Source of the DNA: Candidatus Latescibacterota bacterium
GTDB lineage: Bacteria > Latescibacterota > CBDEFO01
Assembly (NCBI GenBank): GCA_965237525.1
Contig: CBDEFO010000007.1
Coordinates: 640,001 to 704,000, forward strand
DNA length: 64,000 nt
Direction of reading: 5' to 3'
Below, piece by piece: positions 62,645-64,000 of this stretch. Each line of letters opens with the position of its first letter. Positions within the stretch are counted from its first letter, which is position 1. The notes beneath the pieces are model-generated. The model was not told where the DNA came from. It did no database searches and saw only the letters and a list, made by a program, of their open reading frames with translations. The position numbers and the translations under genes are program-made.

Positions 62645-63877
62645 ATGCCGGAGCTTTTCAACGTGCTTGCGCCGGCTGCGGCGTATGAAAAATTTCAAAA
62701 AGAGTTGTCGCCTTTAGTACAGGCGGAGACGATAGCAACTGAGGACGCTTTAGATAGGGTGACTGCTCAGGAGATTCGTTCTCTCATAGATCTTCCCGAA
62801 TTCCCGCGCTCTACGATGGACGGGTACGCCCTCAGGGCTCAGGATACTTACGGGGCATCTGAGGGGCTGCCGGCCTATCTTAATGTGATAGCGGAGATTG
62901 AAATGGGAAATGCTCCTGACGTTAATATCGCGATAGGAGAGGCGGTGAAGATCCATACGGGCGGAATGATAGCTGACGGCGCGGACGCCGTTGTGATGGT
63001 GGAGAATACGCAAGAGGTTGACGACGCAACGATAGAGGTAATGCGCCCTGTAGCTATGGGAGAGAACGTGATCCAGATAGGGGAGGACGTCAAGAGGGAC
63101 GAAGTTCTGCTTTCCAAGGGGTATATATTAAGACCGCAGGATATCGGTGGCTTGATGGCTGTGGGGGTCACAAAAGTCGCTGTGGCAAAAAGACCGCGTG
63201 TGGCCATAATCTCCACAGGCGACGAAGTGGTACCGCCACAGGTCAAGCCCCAGATGGGGCAGATAAGGGATATAAACTCTTACACTGCTTCGACGCTGGT
63301 TACAAGGGCGGGAGGTATCCCCGTTTTGATAGGGATAGTGCGCGATAACTATAAGGCTTTGAAGGACGCACTCTCTAGAGCTCTCAATGAGGCAGATATG
63401 GCTGTGATCTCAGCGGGAAGTTCGGTCAGCGCCAGAGACATAACGGCTGACGTGATAAACGATGTGGGAGATCCAGGCGTGATAGTTCACGGCGTGTCTA
63501 TAAAGCCGGGTAAGCCGACAATATTAGCTCTGATCGGCGATAAGCCCGTGTTCGGACTTCCGGGAAACCCGGTGTCGGCTATGGTGATATTCGACCTTTT
63601 TATAACTCCTACTATCTATCGGTTAAGCGGTTGTGAAAATCCTCCGTCAAGACAGTTTATAAGAGGCAAGGTCACGAGAAACATCGCCTCTACCGCGGGC
63701 AGGGAGGACTATGTTCAGGTCAGGATAGAGGAAAAAGACGGAGAGATGTGGGTCGATCCTGTCTTCGGGAAGTCGAATCTTATTTACTCGCTGATCAAGG
63801 CCGATGGCACGGTGAAGGTGCCTTTAGAAAGCGGTGGATTATCTGAGGGCGTGATAGTGGATGTGAAGCTATTTTAG
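62645..63877 (+). CDS. moeA: Molybdopterin molybdotransferase
   Basis: PRSTMDGYAL, TGGMI..GADAVVMVE, STGDEV, IRDINS, KPGKP, LPGNPVS. Confidence 0.95.
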   Translation: MPELFNVLAPAAAYEKFQKELSPLVQAETIATEDALDRVTAQEIRSLIDLPEFPRSTMDGYALRAQDTYGASEGLPAYLNVIAEIEMGNAPDVNIAIGEAVKIHTGGMIADGADAVVMVENTQEVDDATIEVMRPVAMGENVIQIGEDVKRDEVLLSKGYILRPQDIGGLMAVGVTKVAVAKRPRVAIISTGDEVVPPQVKPQMGQIRDINSYTASTLVTRAGGIPVLIGIVRDNYKALKDALSRALNEADMAVISAGSSVSARDITADVINDVGDPGVIVHGVSIKPGKPTILALIGDKPVFGLPGNPVSAMVIFDLFITPTIYRLSGCENPPSRQFIRGKVTRNIASTAGREDYVQVRIEEKDGEMWVDPVFGKSNLIYSLIKADGTVKVPLESGGLSEGVIVDVKLF

Positions 63878-64000
63878 ATTAGAGGATATTCTCAGACGTT
63901 CCAAGTAATGAGAAAGACACGAACCAAGGGAGGTTCGAAGGACTGTGGAAGATCATAACAACGCAGGATCTGCAGCATTTTCGGTGAACATATCGAGGAG

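Overview
Bacterial chromosomal region of a diderm, probably from the FCB superphylum (Latescibacterota/KSB1-like). This is an inference from two secreted proteins ending in NxPNPFN...G-x-Y-x-Y-R...T-R-K sorting domains and from LPS and outer-membrane genes. The intact housekeeping backbone comprises acs, mpl, ldcA, a TrmH-family methyltransferase, a WaaF-like GT9, coaX, groES-groEL with a CIRCE-like operator, gmd and glycosyltransferases, ccsA-sirC-hemA-hemC-cobA/hemD and moeA. Accessory genes are interleaved, and many are pseudogenes: TolC, RND pump, beta-helix/M23 protein, GH-like protein, amidohydrolase, lipoprotein, EamA, and a subtilase that has lost its sorting domain. Mobile DNA consists of two near-identical IS1182-family copies next to TTAG, one IS481-like DDE element with perfect 21-bp TIRs, two related MITEs and nested palindromic repeats. 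The most unusual signals are: (1) two neighbouring cargo insertions, each bracketed by a diverged ~190-220 bp second copy of the 3' end of the upstream housekeeping gene (acs, ldcA), with no integrase in the window; (2) a free-standing ~115-nt structured RNA with its own promoter and terminator; (3) non-cellulolytic secreted hydrolases carrying dockerin, cohesin-like and sorting-domain tails; (4) a CoxS-type 2Fe-2S domain fused to SirC/Met8p. I recognised no rRNA, tRNA or CRISPR array. All calls come from reading the sequence by eye; no database searches were run.
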